Shown here piece after piece: positions 1-11,806 of a DNA stretch of 64,000 nt. Location of the stretch: contig QILK01000073.1 of NCBI GenBank assembly GCA_003233345.1, positions 6,413 through 70,412 on the forward strand. The letters are read 5' to 3'. Numbering within the stretch: the first letter of the stretch is position 1; the number at the start of each line of letters is the position of its first letter. The DNA is from Gammaproteobacteria bacterium (lineage in GTDB: Bacteria; Pseudomonadota; Gammaproteobacteria; SZUA-21). Position numbers and translations under genes: made by a program. The notes under the pieces are model-generated. The model saw nothing but the letters and a program-made list of their open reading frames with translations, made no database searches and was not told the origin of the DNA.

Positions 1-2271
1 TTTACCGGCGAGAATAATCAAAGGCGTATTACTTTGTTGATATTTCATAGCCGCTTCATATAACGACATGACCTCGTCGTCGGGCAAGTAGCGGCTAAAT
101 CCACCTTCTGTGCCTGGGGCGAGTAAATTTCTAAGGCGGATATTAGCAAATGTACCGCGCATCATAACTTCGTGATTGCCGCGCCGGGAGCCATAAGAAT
201 TAAAGTCGGCTTCAGTAACGCCATGGGCTTGAAGATACGTCCCAGCCGGGCTATCCGCTTTGATGGCGCCAGCCGGGGAGATATGATCGGTGGTGACCGA
301 GTCTCCGAGTACGGCCAATACGCGGGCGTCATTGATTTGTGCAACAGGCTCCGGGGTTAATGTCATGCCGTCAAAATAGGGCGGGTTGCGAACGTAAGTC
401 GATTGCTCATTCCATTGATAGCGTTTACCGGTAGGTGATGCTAACGCCGTCCAATGGGACTCGCCTTGGTAAATATCGGCATACGAGCGATGGTATTGCT
501 CATTGGTCACACACTTTAGTACAGTATCATGAATGGTTTTCTGGTTGGGCCAGATATCTTTTAAATAAACCGGTGACCCCTCTTTAGTGGTCCCCAGCGG
601 TTCATTGTATAAATCGATATCCATGCGGCCGGCGATCGCGTAGGCGACCACTAACGGGGGTGATGCCAGATAGTTCATTTTAACTTCTGCGTGGACACGG
701 CCTTCGAAATTTCGATTACCGGAAAGAATAGAGCACACGGTTAGATTGTTTTTTTGTATCGGATCACTAATCTCAGGATTTAACGGTCCTGAATTACCGA
801 TGCAGGTAGTACAGCCGTATCCAACATTATAGAAACCCAACGCATTTAAATCTTTTGTCAAATTAGCTTTATCCAGATATTCAGTTACAACACGGGAGCC
901 GGGTGCTAAAGACGTTTTAACCCAGGGTTTGACCGACAACCCTGAACTAGCAGCGTTGCGGGCCAGTAGTCCGGCACCAACCATCACATAAGGATTCGAG
1001 GTGTTTGTGCACGAAGTAATCGCCGCAATGACGATCGCACCGTCCTGAAGCTTGGCATCAGCAGAGACATTGAGCGTATCGCCTGTTTGTTTTTTGTAAC
1101 TATCGATAAAGTTGGTTTTGGCGTTTTTCAGGGAAATTCTATCCTGTGGTCGTTTCGGACCGGCAATAGACGGTTCGATTGTCGACATATCCAATTCCAG
1201 TGTTTCATTATATTTGGCGACCGGTGAGTCACTGGTTCGGAACATGCCCTGTTCTTTAGCATAGGCGGCCACCAGATCAATTTGCTGCTGTGGACGGCCC
1301 GTTAACTTAAGGTAGTCCAAGGTATCCTGGTCAATCGGGAATATACCGCAGGTCGCGCCATATTCAGGGGCCATATTGGCGATCGTCGCCTGATCTGCCA
1401 AGGATAAATGGTCAAGCCCTTTACCGTAAAATTCGACAAACTTGCCGACCACACCGTGTGCCCGTAACCTTTCGACAATCGTTAGTACCAGATCGGTGGC
1501 GGTCGCACCTTCAGCCAGCTGTCCGCTCAGTTTAAATCCGACGACCGCTGGGACCAACATGGATACCGATTGTCCTAACATCGCCGCTTCCGCTTCAATG
1601 CCGCCAACACCCCAGCCCAAGACGCCTAATCCATTGATCATGGTGGTATGTGAGTCGGTCCCGACTAGTGTGTCAGGAAAAGCCTGCATGATATCGCCGG
1701 ACTCGCGAGCCATCACCACCCGGGCAAGGTACTCAAGGTTAACCTGATGCACGATCCCTGTGTCGGGTGGCACTACCTTGAAGTTTGAAAAGGCTGACTG
1801 ACCCCATTTTAAAAACGAGTAACGCTCGTGATTGCGCTCGTATTCCTTGTCAGCGTTATAGTCAAATGCAGTGGCGCTACCGTATTGATCGACTTGTACT
1901 GAGTGATCAATAACCAGCTCTGCGCTTTGCAGTGGATTGATTTTATCCACATCACCGTTTAACATTTTCATGGCATCACGCATTGCTGCCAGGTCAACAA
2001 TGGCAGGGACACCGGTAAAATCCTGCATCAATACTCTTGATGGCATAAATGAAATTTCTTTGTCAGATTTGCTATCCGCATTCCAATTTTCAAACCAGGC
2101 AATATCCTTCTTGGTAACAGTTTCACCGTCCTCGTAGCGCAGAAGATTCTCAAGCAGTATTTTTAGCGAGTACGGAAGTCGTTCGGAACCTTTGATCGAA
2201 TCGAGCCTGAATATTTCATAGTCTTGTCCGTTTACAGACAAGATGGATCGTGCTTTAAAGCTGTTGCTCAT
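1..2271 (-). CDS. acnA: Aconitate hydratase A (partial; C-terminal end runs off the left edge of the window)
   Basis: Hand translation of the minus strand from the ATG at 2271-2269 gives an open 757-codon frame reaching position 1 ([23 protein letters not shown]...). It contains aconitase hallmarks ([55 protein letters not shown]). It is absent from the ORF track only because no stop codon lies inside the window. Confidence 0.9.
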   Translation of the reverse strand, partial: MSNSFKARSILSVNGQDYEIFRLDSIKGSERLPYSLKILLENLLRYEDGETVTKKDIAWFENWNADSKSDKEISFMPSRVLMQDFTGVPAIVDLAAMRDAMKMLNGDVDKINPLQSAELVIDHSVQVDQYGSATAFDYNADKEYERNHERYSFLKWGQSAFSNFKVVPPDTGIVHQVNLEYLARVVMARESGDIMQAFPDTLVGTDSHTTMINGLGVLGWGVGGIEAEAAMLGQSVSMLVPAVVGFKLSGQLAEGATATDLVLTIVERLRAHGVVGKFVEFYGKGLDHLSLADQATIANMAPEYGATCGIFPIDQDTLDYLKLTGRPQQQIDLVAAYAKEQGMFRTSDSPVAKYNETLELDMSTIEPSIAGPKRPQDRISLKNAKTNFIDSYKKQTGDTLNVSADAKLQDGAIVIAAITSCTNTSNPYVMVGAGLLARNAASSGLSVKPWVKTSLAPGSRVVTEYLDKANLTKDLNALGFYNVGYGCTTCIGNSGPLNPEISDPIQKNNLTVCSILSGNRNFEGRVHAEVKMNYLASPPLVVAYAIAGRMDIDLYNEPLGTTKEGSPVYLKDIWPNQKTIHDTVLKCVTNEQYHRSYADIYQGESHWTALASPTGKRYQWNEQSTYVRNPPYFDGMTLTPEPVAQINDARVLAVLGDSVTTDHISPAGAIKADSPAGTYLQAHGVTEADFNSYGSRRGNHEVMMRGTFANIRLRNLLAPGTEGGFSRYLPDDEVMSLYEAAMKYQQSNTPLIILAGK

Positions 2272-2480
2272 GAATTTTCCTTAAAAAAAGGTGCTGATAT
2301 ATTAGACAATTGTTAAGCCTGATACAATTGTAACAATACCTAGATAATAAATGACTGTATTTTAGATATTTTCTATAAAAATGTAGAGAAATAACAGTGA
2401 AAATCATTAATACCGGGATAGACGTGACAAATTTTACGACTGTGATTGTAAATAATGGAAATATTGGTGTGTTTTTAGCG

Positions 2481-3110
2481 TTAGGTGATGGAATCAAGCA
2501 GCTCGGTTGCCATTTGTATAATTTTAGCTCTGCCAAATAAAAACTGCCAACGGTGACCACCACACTGGCGCCATAAAATCGTGGATCTGGCTCCTGAGAG
2601 TAGTAACGCCCGAATTAAATTGGCGTTGTCTCGGTTAGTCAATATGTTCTTATCGCCTTTAACGGTTATGGTCGGATTCAGCGTGCTGACAGTTTGCTGG
2701 TAGATATCGGCCAATTTAGCGACCACGTTTTCATGGGTTTCACAAAAATATTCAGCCTGTTGACTGGCTTGTTTGATACCAGCGGTTAATGTGTCCATCA
2801 ACAAGGGTTTTTTTACCAGCTTACGTTCGAGGTAAATCAGTGACAGTACATAACGGGTAATCTCCAAATCACGGGCTGACGATTTTTCAAAACCGAGTTG
2901 TACTAACAAGGTTTCCAGCCCCAATTTCAGGCTGTTCAGCCCACCGTACACATCGTCCACACTGTTAGCGTCGACCTTAAACAAACTATGCAAACAGGTG
3001 GTTACAGAGGAGTCGATAAACTTACCTTGCTGTGCTACTTGTCTAACCAGTATGCTGGCTTGATAAATGCCTGCCAGTGCAATAACCCGATCTTTTATTA
3101 TTTTAGCCAT
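2481..3110 (-). CDS. hflD: High-frequency-lysogenization protein HflD homolog
   Basis: 209 aa. The N-terminus (MAKIIKDRVIALAGIYQASILVRQ) and C-terminus (ILWRQCGGHRWQFLFGR) align with E. coli HflD. It sits in the conserved position downstream of mnmA. Confidence 0.75.
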   Translation of the reverse strand: MAKIIKDRVIALAGIYQASILVRQVAQQGKFIDSSVTTCLHSLFKVDANSVDDVYGGLNSLKLGLETLLVQLGFEKSSARDLEITRYVLSLIYLERKLVKKPLLMDTLTAGIKQASQQAEYFCETHENVVAKLADIYQQTVSTLNPTITVKGDKNILTNRDNANLIRALLLSGARSTILWRQCGGHRWQFLFGRAKIIQMATELLDSIT

Positions 3111-3123
3111 GATTGATAGTTAC

Positions 3124-4233
3124 TTAAGTAATAATTCCGCCGCCAATACATTCATCTTCCTTATAAAACACTAATGACTGTCCAGGGGTAACAGCGCGTT
3201 GCGGTTGACTGAAGGTGACCCTTACCCCACGATCTTGATCAGGCTCTACAGTGCATTGTTGATCCGGTTGACGATAACGGGTTTTGGCGGTACAGGTAAA
3301 TATTTTTAAACCAGTATCCTTTTCCGTCGAATCAAACTCTGGACTAGTACCTGAAATCCAGTGCAATTGATTAGCATATAGTATATCGCTAAATAATGCA
3401 GGATGATCTTTTCCCTGGGCGACAATCAGGTGATTTTTCTCCAAATCCTTTTTGACAACATACCAGGGTTGGTTAGAGTCTCCCTGTCCACCGCCTATCC
3501 CCAGCCCTTGTCTTTGTCCGTGGGTAAAAAACGTGAGTCCATTATGATCGCCAATAATTTTACCATCAACCGTGATAATTTTCCCCGGTTTCTCGTCGAT
3601 ATAGGTTTTAAGGAAGTCAGCAAAAGGACGTTCACCGATAAAACAGATACCAGTGCTATCTTTTTTTGATGCCACCGGGAGAGCCAGTTCGACGGCAATT
3701 TCTCTGACCTCAGACTTCTGCATTTCACCAATAGGAAACAATGCTTGTGCTAATTGCTCTTTTGAGAGCAAATACAAAAAATAGGATTGGTCTTTATTGT
3801 TATCCAGGCCTTTGAGGAGTTTTAGATTTTTTCCAGTCCCCATTATTCGGGCATAATGTCCAGTGGCAATGCAGTCGGCACCAAGCGACAGCGCGTAATC
3901 GAGAAACGCGCGAAACTTTATTTCCTTGTTGCACAACACATCTGGATTGGGGGTGCGTCCGGCGCGATATTCATTAAGAAAATGTTTGAATACCCGGTCC
4001 CAGTATTCGGTTGAAAAATTTACTGTTCGCAGTTTAATATTGAGCTGGTCGCAGACAGCCTGGGCGTCCGCAAGATCCTCGCCCGCAGAGCAGAAGTCCT
4101 CGCGATCATCTTCTTCCCAGTTTTTCATAAAAAGGGCTTCGACGTGAAAGCCTTGCTGAAGTAATAGATAAGCGGCGACAGAAGAGTCAACGCCACCGGA
4201 CATGCCCACTATAACTTTTCTGGATGAATTCAC
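3124..4233 (-). CDS. mnmA: tRNA-specific 2-thiouridylase MnmA
   Basis: 369 aa with a PP-loop ([18 protein letters not shown]) and conserved MnmA motifs. hflD-mnmA-nudJ synteny. Confidence 0.9.
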   Translation of the reverse strand: MNSSRKVIVGMSGGVDSSVAAYLLLQQGFHVEALFMKNWEEDDREDFCSAGEDLADAQAVCDQLNIKLRTVNFSTEYWDRVFKHFLNEYRAGRTPNPDVLCNKEIKFRAFLDYALSLGADCIATGHYARIMGTGKNLKLLKGLDNNKDQSYFLYLLSKEQLAQALFPIGEMQKSEVREIAVELALPVASKKDSTGICFIGERPFADFLKTYIDEKPGKIITVDGKIIGDHNGLTFFTHGQRQGLGIGGGQGDSNQPWYVVKKDLEKNHLIVAQGKDHPALFSDILYANQLHWISGTSPEFDSTEKDTGLKIFTCTAKTRYRQPDQQCTVEPDQDRGVRVTFSQPQRAVTPGQSLVFYKEDECIGGGIIT

Positions 4234-4252
4234 AATAGTATAAAATTATGCT

Positions 4253-4696
4253 TTATATTTCTTTAATAAGCTCAAGCGGGAAACGCTTTCCCTGTAAATA
4301 ATCATTGACGCATTGTAACACCATCGGACTGCGTAATCGGTCTCGGTTTTCAAGTAATTCCTCATGGTTTAACCACAGCGTTTCAATAATACCCTCATCG
4401 AGAGTCCGTGTTTTCTCGAAGTCAGAAACTTCCCCGGTAAAGGCGAAGCGAATATAGGTTTGATTATTATGTAAACTTTTCCAGCGATAGATACCAATCA
4501 AATGGCTTGGGTTAAAGTGCCAGGCTGATTCTTCCAGTGTTTCTCGAATAATGGCGTCCACCAATGTTTCATTTTCCTCCAGGTGCCCAGATGGTTGGTT
4601 GATAACGGGTTGTCCATCGGAAACTTCTCTGATTAGTAAAAATTTATCGTTGACTGAGACAATAGCCGAAACGGTGACATGTGGTTTCCAGATCAT
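4253..4696 (-). CDS. nudJ: NUDIX hydrolase (NudJ-like)
   Basis: 147 aa with a Nudix box (GHLEENETLVDAIIRETLEESAW). Position upstream of mnmA matches the E. coli nudJ-mnmA-hflD arrangement. Confidence 0.65.
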   Translation of the reverse strand: MIWKPHVTVSAIVSVNDKFLLIREVSDGQPVINQPSGHLEENETLVDAIIRETLEESAWHFNPSHLIGIYRWKSLHNNQTYIRFAFTGEVSDFEKTRTLDEGIIETLWLNHEELLENRDRLRSPMVLQCVNDYLQGKRFPLELIKEI

Positions 4697-4856
4697 TATT
4701 TATTCCCATTTAGAGCTAACTAGATTAATAAAATTTATCGGTTTAGCCAAAAAAAAGCAAAAAAATATGTTTACTCTGTATATCTGACGTTTTAGTATGC
4801 CGTGTTTTGCATGCTTCAATATGCGGCTCAGTAGCAATAGTTAACCTGGAGAGACC

Positions 4857-6113
4857 ATGACCGAGGAAAAAATTACTGTTAATAGTGATACTAGTTTAAA
4901 TGTTCCTGACCATCCCACTATTCCTTTTATTGAAGGTGATGGTATTGGCGTTGATATTACACCAGTGATGAAAAAAGTCGTCGATTCAGCGGTTTCGCAA
5001 GCCTATCAGCAAAAACGGCAAATAAACTGGTTGGAAATATACGCGGGCGAGAAAGCCACTAGACAATTTTCTAGTCAATACCCCGATAAAAATAGTCAAG
5101 ATGCGTGGTTACCCCCGGAGACCATTGAGGCTGCCAAAGATTATGTCGTGTCCATTAAAGGCCCATTAACCACCCCGGTTGGTGAAGGCATGCGTTCTTT
5201 AAATGTTGCACTTAGACAAACACTGGATTTATTTGTGTGCTTGCGGCCGATACGCTATTTTGCTGGAACCCCGAGTCCGATAAAGCACCCGGAACACACC
5301 AATATGGTTATATTTCGGGAGAATTCTGAAGATATTTATGCGGGTATCGAGTGGCAGGCGGGTAGCGATGATGTCCGCAAAGTGATTAAATTTTTAACCG
5401 AGACAATGGGTGTAAATAAAATCCGTTTTCCTGAGACCTCGGGGATAGGTATTAAACCGGTTTCCGCTGAAGGCTCAAAAAGATTAGTACGCAAAGCAAT
5501 TCAATATGCGATTGATAACGACCGTGACTCAGTGACATTGGTTCACAAGGGTAATATCATGAAGTATACCGAGGGTAACTTCAGAAACTGGGGTTACGAA
5601 TTGGCAACGGAGGAATTTGCTGCCACGGTAATCGATAAAGGACCCTGGTTACAGATAAGCAACCCGAATAATGGTAAGTTGATAACGATAAAAGACGTTA
5701 TCGCTGATGCCTTTCTACAACAAATATTAACGCGACCAAAAGAGTACAGTGTTATTGCCACGCTAAATCTTAACGGTGACTATATTTCGGACGCATTGGC
5801 CGCACAAGTGGGTGGTATTGGCATCGCCCCTGGAGCCAATCTATCCAATTCAGTTGCCATGTTTGAGGCGACTCACGGTACGGCCCCCAAGTATGCCGGT
5901 AAAGATAAAGTCAATCCTGGTTCATTAATATTATCTGCGGAAATGATGCTTAGGCATATGGGCTGGAATGAAGCGGCTGACTTAATTGTTAAAGGGTTAT
6001 CTGGAGCCATCGCCAATAAAGAAGTTACTTATGATTTGGCTCGCTTAATGGATCGCGCCCGCGAAGTGAGTTGCTCAGGGTTTGGTGATTCGATCATTAA
6101 GTATATGCGCTAG
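4857..6113 (+). CDS. icd: Isocitrate dehydrogenase (NADP-dependent, homodimeric type)
   Basis: 418 aa; the [25 protein letters not shown] and [14 protein letters not shown] motifs are typical of prokaryotic Icd. GGAGAG ribosome-binding site before the ATG. Confidence 0.9.
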   Translation: MTEEKITVNSDTSLNVPDHPTIPFIEGDGIGVDITPVMKKVVDSAVSQAYQQKRQINWLEIYAGEKATRQFSSQYPDKNSQDAWLPPETIEAAKDYVVSIKGPLTTPVGEGMRSLNVALRQTLDLFVCLRPIRYFAGTPSPIKHPEHTNMVIFRENSEDIYAGIEWQAGSDDVRKVIKFLTETMGVNKIRFPETSGIGIKPVSAEGSKRLVRKAIQYAIDNDRDSVTLVHKGNIMKYTEGNFRNWGYELATEEFAATVIDKGPWLQISNPNNGKLITIKDVIADAFLQQILTRPKEYSVIATLNLNGDYISDALAAQVGGIGIAPGANLSNSVAMFEATHGTAPKYAGKDKVNPGSLILSAEMMLRHMGWNEAADLIVKGLSGAIANKEVTYDLARLMDRAREVSCSGFGDSIIKYMR

Positions 6114-6382
6114 AAAAACCCTCAATATTTCATTCGGAGTTTAAATTTTCAATTTAACATACTGATAAATATAACTATATTATAAAAATTAGTGTAAAAG
6201 TTTGAATTCACTGCTTTCCAGCAGATTTTCAAGCTTATGATGTGGTATGTTTGATGTATACTATGATGGGAACTAACAAATAGATTGTTATCTTGTTATT
6301 TGACCCTATATATATCCATTAGAATCATTTTTATTGCCAGTGAGGAATTTGTTAGACAGTTAATTGTCAAAATATTAAGCCT

Positions 6383-6712
6383 ATGAGCGAGGGTACTGAT
6401 AGACCAGATAAAAATCCAGACGATGGTCTGGTCGTAGAGACGGCAAAGCCAAAACTTAAACAGCCTCCAATGTTTAAGGTTGTTTTGCATAACGATGATT
6501 TTACACCGATGGAATTTGTGGTTGAAATATTAGAAACATTTTTCAGCATGAATAGGGAAAAAGCGGTACAAGTTATGCTTCATGTTCATACCAGGGGTAA
6601 AGGAGTTTGCGGAGTATTTACCCGGGATATCGCGGAGACCAAGGTTGATATGGTCAATAGGTATGCGCGTGATCATCAACATCCATTGCTGTGTGCAATG
6701 GAAGAAGTATAA
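6383..6712 (+). CDS. clpS: ATP-dependent Clp protease adaptor ClpS
   Basis: 109 aa with a ClpS core ([46 protein letters not shown]). Immediately upstream of clpA. Confidence 0.85.
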   Translation: MSEGTDRPDKNPDDGLVVETAKPKLKQPPMFKVVLHNDDFTPMEFVVEILETFFSMNREKAVQVMLHVHTRGKGVCGVFTRDIAETKVDMVNRYARDHQHPLLCAMEEV

Positions 6713-6728
6713 ATAAAGCAGGCGCTAG

Positions 6729-8990
6729 ATGCTAAGTAAAGAACTCGAAGACAGTATAAATAGAGCATTCAGTGACGCTCGAACCAAGCGGCACGAGATT
6801 ATGACAGTAGAGCACTTATTATTGGCGCTGCTGGATAATGATGCGACTACCAATGTACTACATGCGTGCGGTGCAGATTTAGATCAGCTGCGCCAGGATC
6901 TTGAAGATTTCCTTGAAGAATCGATACCGGTACTAAAACCTAATGATGTTAGAGAGCCTCAACCTTCGTTAGGGTTTACCCGTGTACTGCAACGCGCGGT
7001 ATATCACTTACAGTCATCAAGCAGCATTGAAAGCGAAGTGACAGGCCCGAATGTACTTGTGTCTATCTTTAGTGAAAAGGATTCACAAGCAATCTATTTC
7101 TTAAATAAACAGGATATCACCAGACTTGATATCGTCAACTATATTTCCCACGGCATTACCAAGTTCCAGGAAGAAGAACAAGATGATTCCATGTCGCACG
7201 AGTCAGGCGATGAACTGGAACAGGAAGTCTCCACAAAATCGGCTTTGGAAAAGTATGCATCGAATTTAAATGTGATGGCGATCAATGGCAAAATTGATCC
7301 GTTAATCGGCAGAGAACCAGAAATTTTACGTGCTACACAGATATTATGTCGACGGCGCAAGAACAACCCGATTTTAGTTGGCGAAGCAGGTGTTGGCAAG
7401 ACAGCTATCGCCGAGGGATTGGCGAAAATGATCGTTGACAAAGAAGTGCCAATGGTTTTATTGGACAGTGTTATTTATTCACTAGATCTGGGCGCGTTGG
7501 TTGCCGGTACCAAATATCGTGGTGATTTTGAAAAAAGACTTAAGGAAGTTATTTCCTGTTTGCAGGAAGAAGACGGCGCCATACTGTTTATCGATGAAAT
7601 TCACACCATTATCGGCGCCGGTTCGGCATCCGGTGGGGTGATGGATGCATCCAATTTGATTAAACCCGTGTTGGCATCAGGTGAACTCAAATGTATCGGA
7701 TCGACCACCTATCAGGAATTTCGCAATATTTTTGAAAAAGACAGGGCACTGGCGCGCCGATTCCAAAAGATTGACATTGATGAGCCAACCGTCGCCCAAA
7801 CAGTTGAAATTCTAAAAGGCTTAAAATCGCGTTTTGAAGAACACCATAAAATCACCTATAGCAATAAAGCGCTGGAAGTGGCTGCCGAATTATCGGCACG
7901 ACATATAAATGACCGTTTTTTACCGGACAAGGCTATCGATGTCATCGACGAAGCGGGTGCCAATTTTCAACTACAGCCACCGGAAGACCGGCGTGAACAT
8001 GTAGAAGTTAAAGACATTGAATCGATTGTTGCCCATATCGCGCGAATCCCGGAAAAGAGTGTTTCCGCTTCTGATAAAGAGTGTTTAAAAAATCTTGGTC
8101 GCGATTTGAAACTGGTGGTTTTTGGTCAGGATCAGGCAATCGATACGTTATCATCAGCGATCATAATGTCTCGTTCCGGTCTGGGTAATGAAGAAAAACC
8201 GATCGGGTCCTATTTGTTTGCGGGTCCCACCGGGGTCGGTAAGACCGAGGTCACCCGACAGCTTGCCCAGATCATGGGCATCGATTTGATTCGCTTTGAT
8301 ATGTCGGAATATATGGAGCGCCATACCGTTTCCCGACTCATCGGTGCACCGCCAGGCTATGTTGGATTTGATCAGGGTGGATTGTTAACCGACGCTATTA
8401 TCAAGCAACCGCATGCTGTTTTGCTGCTTGATGAAATTGAAAAAGCCCATCCCGATGTTTTTAACTTGTTATTACAAGTGATGGATCACGGTATGCTGAC
8501 GGACAATAACGGACGCAAGGCTGATTTTCGTCATGTCGTTCTGGTGATGACCACCAATGCTGGTGCTGAAGAGTTAGCGAAGCGCTCGATCGGTTTTTCT
8601 AATCAGGACAACTCGTCAGATGCGATGGAAATTATTCGTAAAATGTTTACCCCTGAATTTAGAAATCGCCTGGATACTATTATTCAATTTAAGTCGCTGG
8701 ATCCCAATACGATTAAATATGTTGTTGCAAAATTTCTGGTACAAGCAGAGACCCAACTCGAAGCCAAGGGCGTTACCCTGGACATTGATGAACCGGCCCG
8801 GGAATGGATCGCCATTAAAGGCTACGATCCTAAAATGGGCGCGAGGCCCATGGCTAGAATCATTCAGGAAACGATCAAAAAGCCTTTGGCAGAAGAAATA
8901 TTGTTTGGCAAGCTGGTCAAAGGGGGTGTTGTTACTGTCTCGGTTTCAGAAGATGAAGAGTCCCTGGTACTGGATTTTAAAGAAAAATAG
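6729..8990 (+). CDS. clpA: ATP-dependent Clp protease ATP-binding subunit ClpA
   Basis: 753 aa. Two AAA+ modules, each with Walker A (GEAGVGKTAIAEGLA; GPTGVGKTE) and Walker B, plus a Clp N-domain. Confidence 0.9.
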   Translation: MLSKELEDSINRAFSDARTKRHEIMTVEHLLLALLDNDATTNVLHACGADLDQLRQDLEDFLEESIPVLKPNDVREPQPSLGFTRVLQRAVYHLQSSSSIESEVTGPNVLVSIFSEKDSQAIYFLNKQDITRLDIVNYISHGITKFQEEEQDDSMSHESGDELEQEVSTKSALEKYASNLNVMAINGKIDPLIGREPEILRATQILCRRRKNNPILVGEAGVGKTAIAEGLAKMIVDKEVPMVLLDSVIYSLDLGALVAGTKYRGDFEKRLKEVISCLQEEDGAILFIDEIHTIIGAGSASGGVMDASNLIKPVLASGELKCIGSTTYQEFRNIFEKDRALARRFQKIDIDEPTVAQTVEILKGLKSRFEEHHKITYSNKALEVAAELSARHINDRFLPDKAIDVIDEAGANFQLQPPEDRREHVEVKDIESIVAHIARIPEKSVSASDKECLKNLGRDLKLVVFGQDQAIDTLSSAIIMSRSGLGNEEKPIGSYLFAGPTGVGKTEVTRQLAQIMGIDLIRFDMSEYMERHTVSRLIGAPPGYVGFDQGGLLTDAIIKQPHAVLLLDEIEKAHPDVFNLLLQVMDHGMLTDNNGRKADFRHVVLVMTTNAGAEELAKRSIGFSNQDNSSDAMEIIRKMFTPEFRNRLDTIIQFKSLDPNTIKYVVAKFLVQAETQLEAKGVTLDIDEPAREWIAIKGYDPKMGARPMARIIQETIKKPLAEEILFGKLVKGGVVTVSVSEDEESLVLDFKEK

Positions 8991-9029
8991 TCTGGCCTCC
9001 ATCTATCTGGATTTTAAGTCAGTGGAATA

Positions 9030-9248
9030 TTATCGTGCACGGAAGCTGATTCTGCCTTTGCTTAAATCGTATGGCGTTAGCTCAACCGTGACTTCGTCGC
9101 CGGTTAATATGCGAATATAATTTTTTCTCATTTTTCCGGATATATGCGCAGTCACAATGTGGCCATTTTCCAGTTCAACTCGAAACATGGTATTGGGTAA
9201 TGTTTCTATTACCTTGCCCTGCATTTTTATACAATCTTCTTTTGCCAT
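9030..9248 (-). CDS. infA: Translation initiation factor IF-1
   Basis: 72 aa ([48 protein letters not shown]...), near-identical to the canonical IF-1 S1-like fold. Confidence 0.92.
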   Translation of the reverse strand: MAKEDCIKMQGKVIETLPNTMFRVELENGHIVTAHISGKMRKNYIRILTGDEVTVELTPYDLSKGRISFRAR

Positions 9249-9481
9249 ATTACACCTGAATTAAGTACTCTGTTGTTTAATAAAACTCATTCTAGAAGTC
9301 GTTTGGAATCTGGCGGAGGCACGACCAAATAACAGCAGGCATTATAATCACAGGATCAGTTAGATAACAGCGAAAGATGATTAATTTATTATGCGTTAAT
9401 ATTAAACACAATATTTTAGTAAATCATATAATTCATATTAAACAGCGGCTTACAATGATTGTTTAAAAAGAGAGAGGCTTT

Positions 9482-10210
9482 TTAAGTCTCCATTAACTCC
9501 CAGCGATTATTAATATATTGCTCAATGGGGCGGTATTGCTTTTTATAGCTCATTTTTGGGCATTCGTTAATAAGATAACCGAGGTATAGATAGTTGAAAC
9601 CCTGGTTCGCGGTTTCCTGTATTTGCCACAAAATGGCATATCCACCCAAACTATGTTTAGCAAGATCAGGATCAAAAAATGTATAAACTGCAGAGTAGCC
9701 ATCTTCCAGTTTATCCATGACAGCGACAGCAACCAGTTTATTGGCAAGATGAAATTCAATAAAAAAAGTTTGCGTCCAATGACAGGTTAGCATTTCCATA
9801 AATTCCCGAGGCTCTGGGTTGTCCATGCCACCATTTGGGTGACGGTTGTTGACGTATTTTTCATACAGGCTGAAATGTTCTTGGTTAAATTCGGGGAGGC
9901 GAATGGTCGCTTCGATTTTGCTGTTTCGTTTCAGAATTCGGGACTGGCCTCGATTAGGACTAAAGTTTTTGACGGGAATTCGAACGGGTATGCAAGAGGA
10001 GCAAAACTTACAATGCGGGCGATAAACCAGTTCACCACTTCTTCGAAATCCGGAGTAAATGAGCTGGCTATAGATATGATTGTCAAACCGTACCAATGGC
10101 TGCGCATAGATTTCCTGGCTGAATTTTCCAGGTAAATAACTGCAAGGGTGCTCGCCGGAAAGAAAGAGCGTTATTTTATCAGTAATATAGTCTGGCTTGT
10201 CTGAATGCAC
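9482..10210 (-). CDS. bpt: Aspartate/glutamate leucyltransferase (arginyl-tRNA-protein transferase-like, Bpt)
   Basis: 242 aa with an N-terminal CxxC...CxxC pattern (HPCSYLP...CKFCSSC) and a C-terminal ATE domain. Directly downstream of aat, as in many Proteobacteria. Confidence 0.75.
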   Translation of the reverse strand: MHSDKPDYITDKITLFLSGEHPCSYLPGKFSQEIYAQPLVRFDNHIYSQLIYSGFRRSGELVYRPHCKFCSSCIPVRIPVKNFSPNRGQSRILKRNSKIEATIRLPEFNQEHFSLYEKYVNNRHPNGGMDNPEPREFMEMLTCHWTQTFFIEFHLANKLVAVAVMDKLEDGYSAVYTFFDPDLAKHSLGGYAILWQIQETANQGFNYLYLGYLINECPKMSYKKQYRPIEQYINNRWELMET

Positions 10211-10932
10211 TAGTCCTCCATCAGCGTATTGAATGAATAAGCAATATCAGTATGCCAAAAACCGCGTTTGCTGGAACCACGGTATTCATCCAGTAGCTGT
10301 ACAAATTTTTCTCTGGGAATATCGATCGCACCAAATGAATCTAGATGCTCTGACTTAATTTGGCAATCAATCATTTTGTAACCCCATATTTTTAGCTGCT
10401 TGACCAGACAGACAAACGCAACTTTTGATGCGTCGCTTACCCGGCTAAACATGGACTCCCCAAAAAAAATATGGCCGAGCGCGATGCCATAAAGCCCACC
10501 AACCAGTGATTCACCCTCCCATGCTTCGATAGAATGTGCGTATCCGTGTGCATGCAAGTGTTCATAGGCTTTAATCATATCGTAGTTGATCCAGGTATTT
10601 GCATCACCCTTTCTCGGTTCGGCACAAGCACGAATAACATCGCTAAAAGCACGATCGGTGGTCACCGAAAGCACTTGCTTTTTTAAGGTCTTTTTCAAAC
10701 TGCGGGAGATTTTGATGGCCTCCGGAAATAAAACAGATCGTGGATGAGGTGACCACCACAAAATAGGCTCGCCTTCCGAATACCAAGGAAAAATACCCTG
10801 ACTGTAGGCGCTTAGTAATCTATCTTTTCCCAAGTCACCTCCCGTTGCCAATAAGCCATTGGGATCGTCATTAGCCAGCGTTACACTGGGAAATTCGTCA
10901 TCATTCTGAATTAAATATACGTGCATTGTCAC
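10210..10932 (-). CDS. aat: Leucyl/phenylalanyl-tRNA-protein transferase
   Basis: 240 aa with the GIFPWYSEGEPILWWSPHPR motif characteristic of Aat. infA-aat adjacency is conserved. Confidence 0.85.
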   Translation of the reverse strand: MTMHVYLIQNDDEFPSVTLANDDPNGLLATGGDLGKDRLLSAYSQGIFPWYSEGEPILWWSPHPRSVLFPEAIKISRSLKKTLKKQVLSVTTDRAFSDVIRACAEPRKGDANTWINYDMIKAYEHLHAHGYAHSIEAWEGESLVGGLYGIALGHIFFGESMFSRVSDASKVAFVCLVKQLKIWGYKMIDCQIKSEHLDSFGAIDIPREKFVQLLDEYRGSSKRGFWHTDIAYSFNTLMED

Positions 10933-10963
10933 CGCTGGTAATATTGATGAAGTTGTTCTTACT

Positions 10964-11181
10964 AATTATTTGACAAAATGGCTGGAATATCAATACTCTT
11001 TGAAAATGTTTTGAAAAACTAGGTAGATACAGGGGAAATCAGGTTTTGGTGCTAAATCGATTCTTGGGAAATAAACAGGTTACGGTATTTTTCAGATAAA
11101 TCGTGATATTCTGAGCCATATTCCATTGCATTTTCATTCATTCGATCAACCCAGAATTCGCCAACAATGGCCCAATCAGCA
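10964..11181. repeat. Direct repeat, copy A (about 217 bp, about 93% identical to 12674-12889)
   Basis: By-eye alignment: copy A (attatttgacaaaatgGCtggaatatcaatactctttgaaaatgttttgaaaAactagg ... ccaacaatggcccaatcagc) matches copy B at 12674-12889, with only a handful of mismatches. Confidence 0.85.
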
Positions 11182-11288
11182 GAATAAACCAGCGTGTACG
11201 GCCAAAGACCGTATGTAAAAGGTGGTATGGAGGCCACAATGACAAGCGCTAATGATTGAAGAATGATGACACTACCAAAGCTAATCAA
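11052..11288 (-). pseudogene. Truncated 3' gene fragment duplicating the C-terminus of the 208-aa protein at 12760-13386
   Basis: The C-terminal 45 aa (ADWAIVGEFWVDRMNENAMEYGSEYHDLSEKYRNLFISQESI) are almost identical to the end of ORF 12760-13386. The N-terminal part diverges and has no counterpart, so the fragment was created by the repeat. Confidence 0.55.
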
Positions 11289-11481
11289 GTAGGCTTATGG
11301 TATTCGAGTGGTTGTGCTAGCAGCCAGAATGAGTGTGTTAAGGAAATATTAAAAGGCGCTGCGGAGAAAAGGCGCACTCTACATCCTACCTATAAGAAAA
11401 AGCTCCACACGTATTGCAATAAAAAATTTAGTAAATAATAAAACGAGTATTTGTATCGCAAAACGTTAATGTGGAGCTTTC

Positions 11482-11742
11482 TTATGGCGCAACTGAGCAA
11501 TCATCCATATCGTATTCATCGAAGACGATCTCTACTACGGCATAGGGCGGGCCATTGAACCAGCTGGAGTTGTCGCTGATCTCGGTTTGCATAACCCGTT
11601 TCTGGCCATTGATCTTGAGACGTGTCACGACATGCGGCTCCAGGCAAATCGCTACCACCACCCGCGACCCGATATCAGTACAGCGCCACCGCTTATTACC
11701 GCAGAGAAATTCATCGCCGATAGAAAAATCCTTAAGCTTCAT
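11482..11742 (-). CDS. Hypothetical protein (86 aa)
   Basis: Clean ORF inside the repeat-flanked cassette; no recognisable motifs. Confidence 0.4.
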   Translation of the reverse strand: MKLKDFSIGDEFLCGNKRWRCTDIGSRVVVAICLEPHVVTRLKINGQKRVMQTEISDNSSWFNGPPYAVVEIVFDEYDMDDCSVAP

Positions 11743-11806
11743 AGTCTTTGATTAATACCGAATGCTCGAGCGCTTAGGGTATTTGGCACATTAAATTTAT
11801 CTCCCT

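Noticed and set aside
162-2137. Several 60-101 aa ORFs on both strands inside the acnA region (162-344, 172-360, 1442-1747, 1937-2137)
   Set aside because: They lie within or antisense to a continuous, clearly homologous aconitase reading frame and are out-of-frame artefacts.
8620-9120. 166-aa plus-strand ORF overlapping the clpA 3' end and infA
   Set aside because: It is out of frame with ClpA, antisense to the highly conserved infA, and has W/L-rich junk composition.
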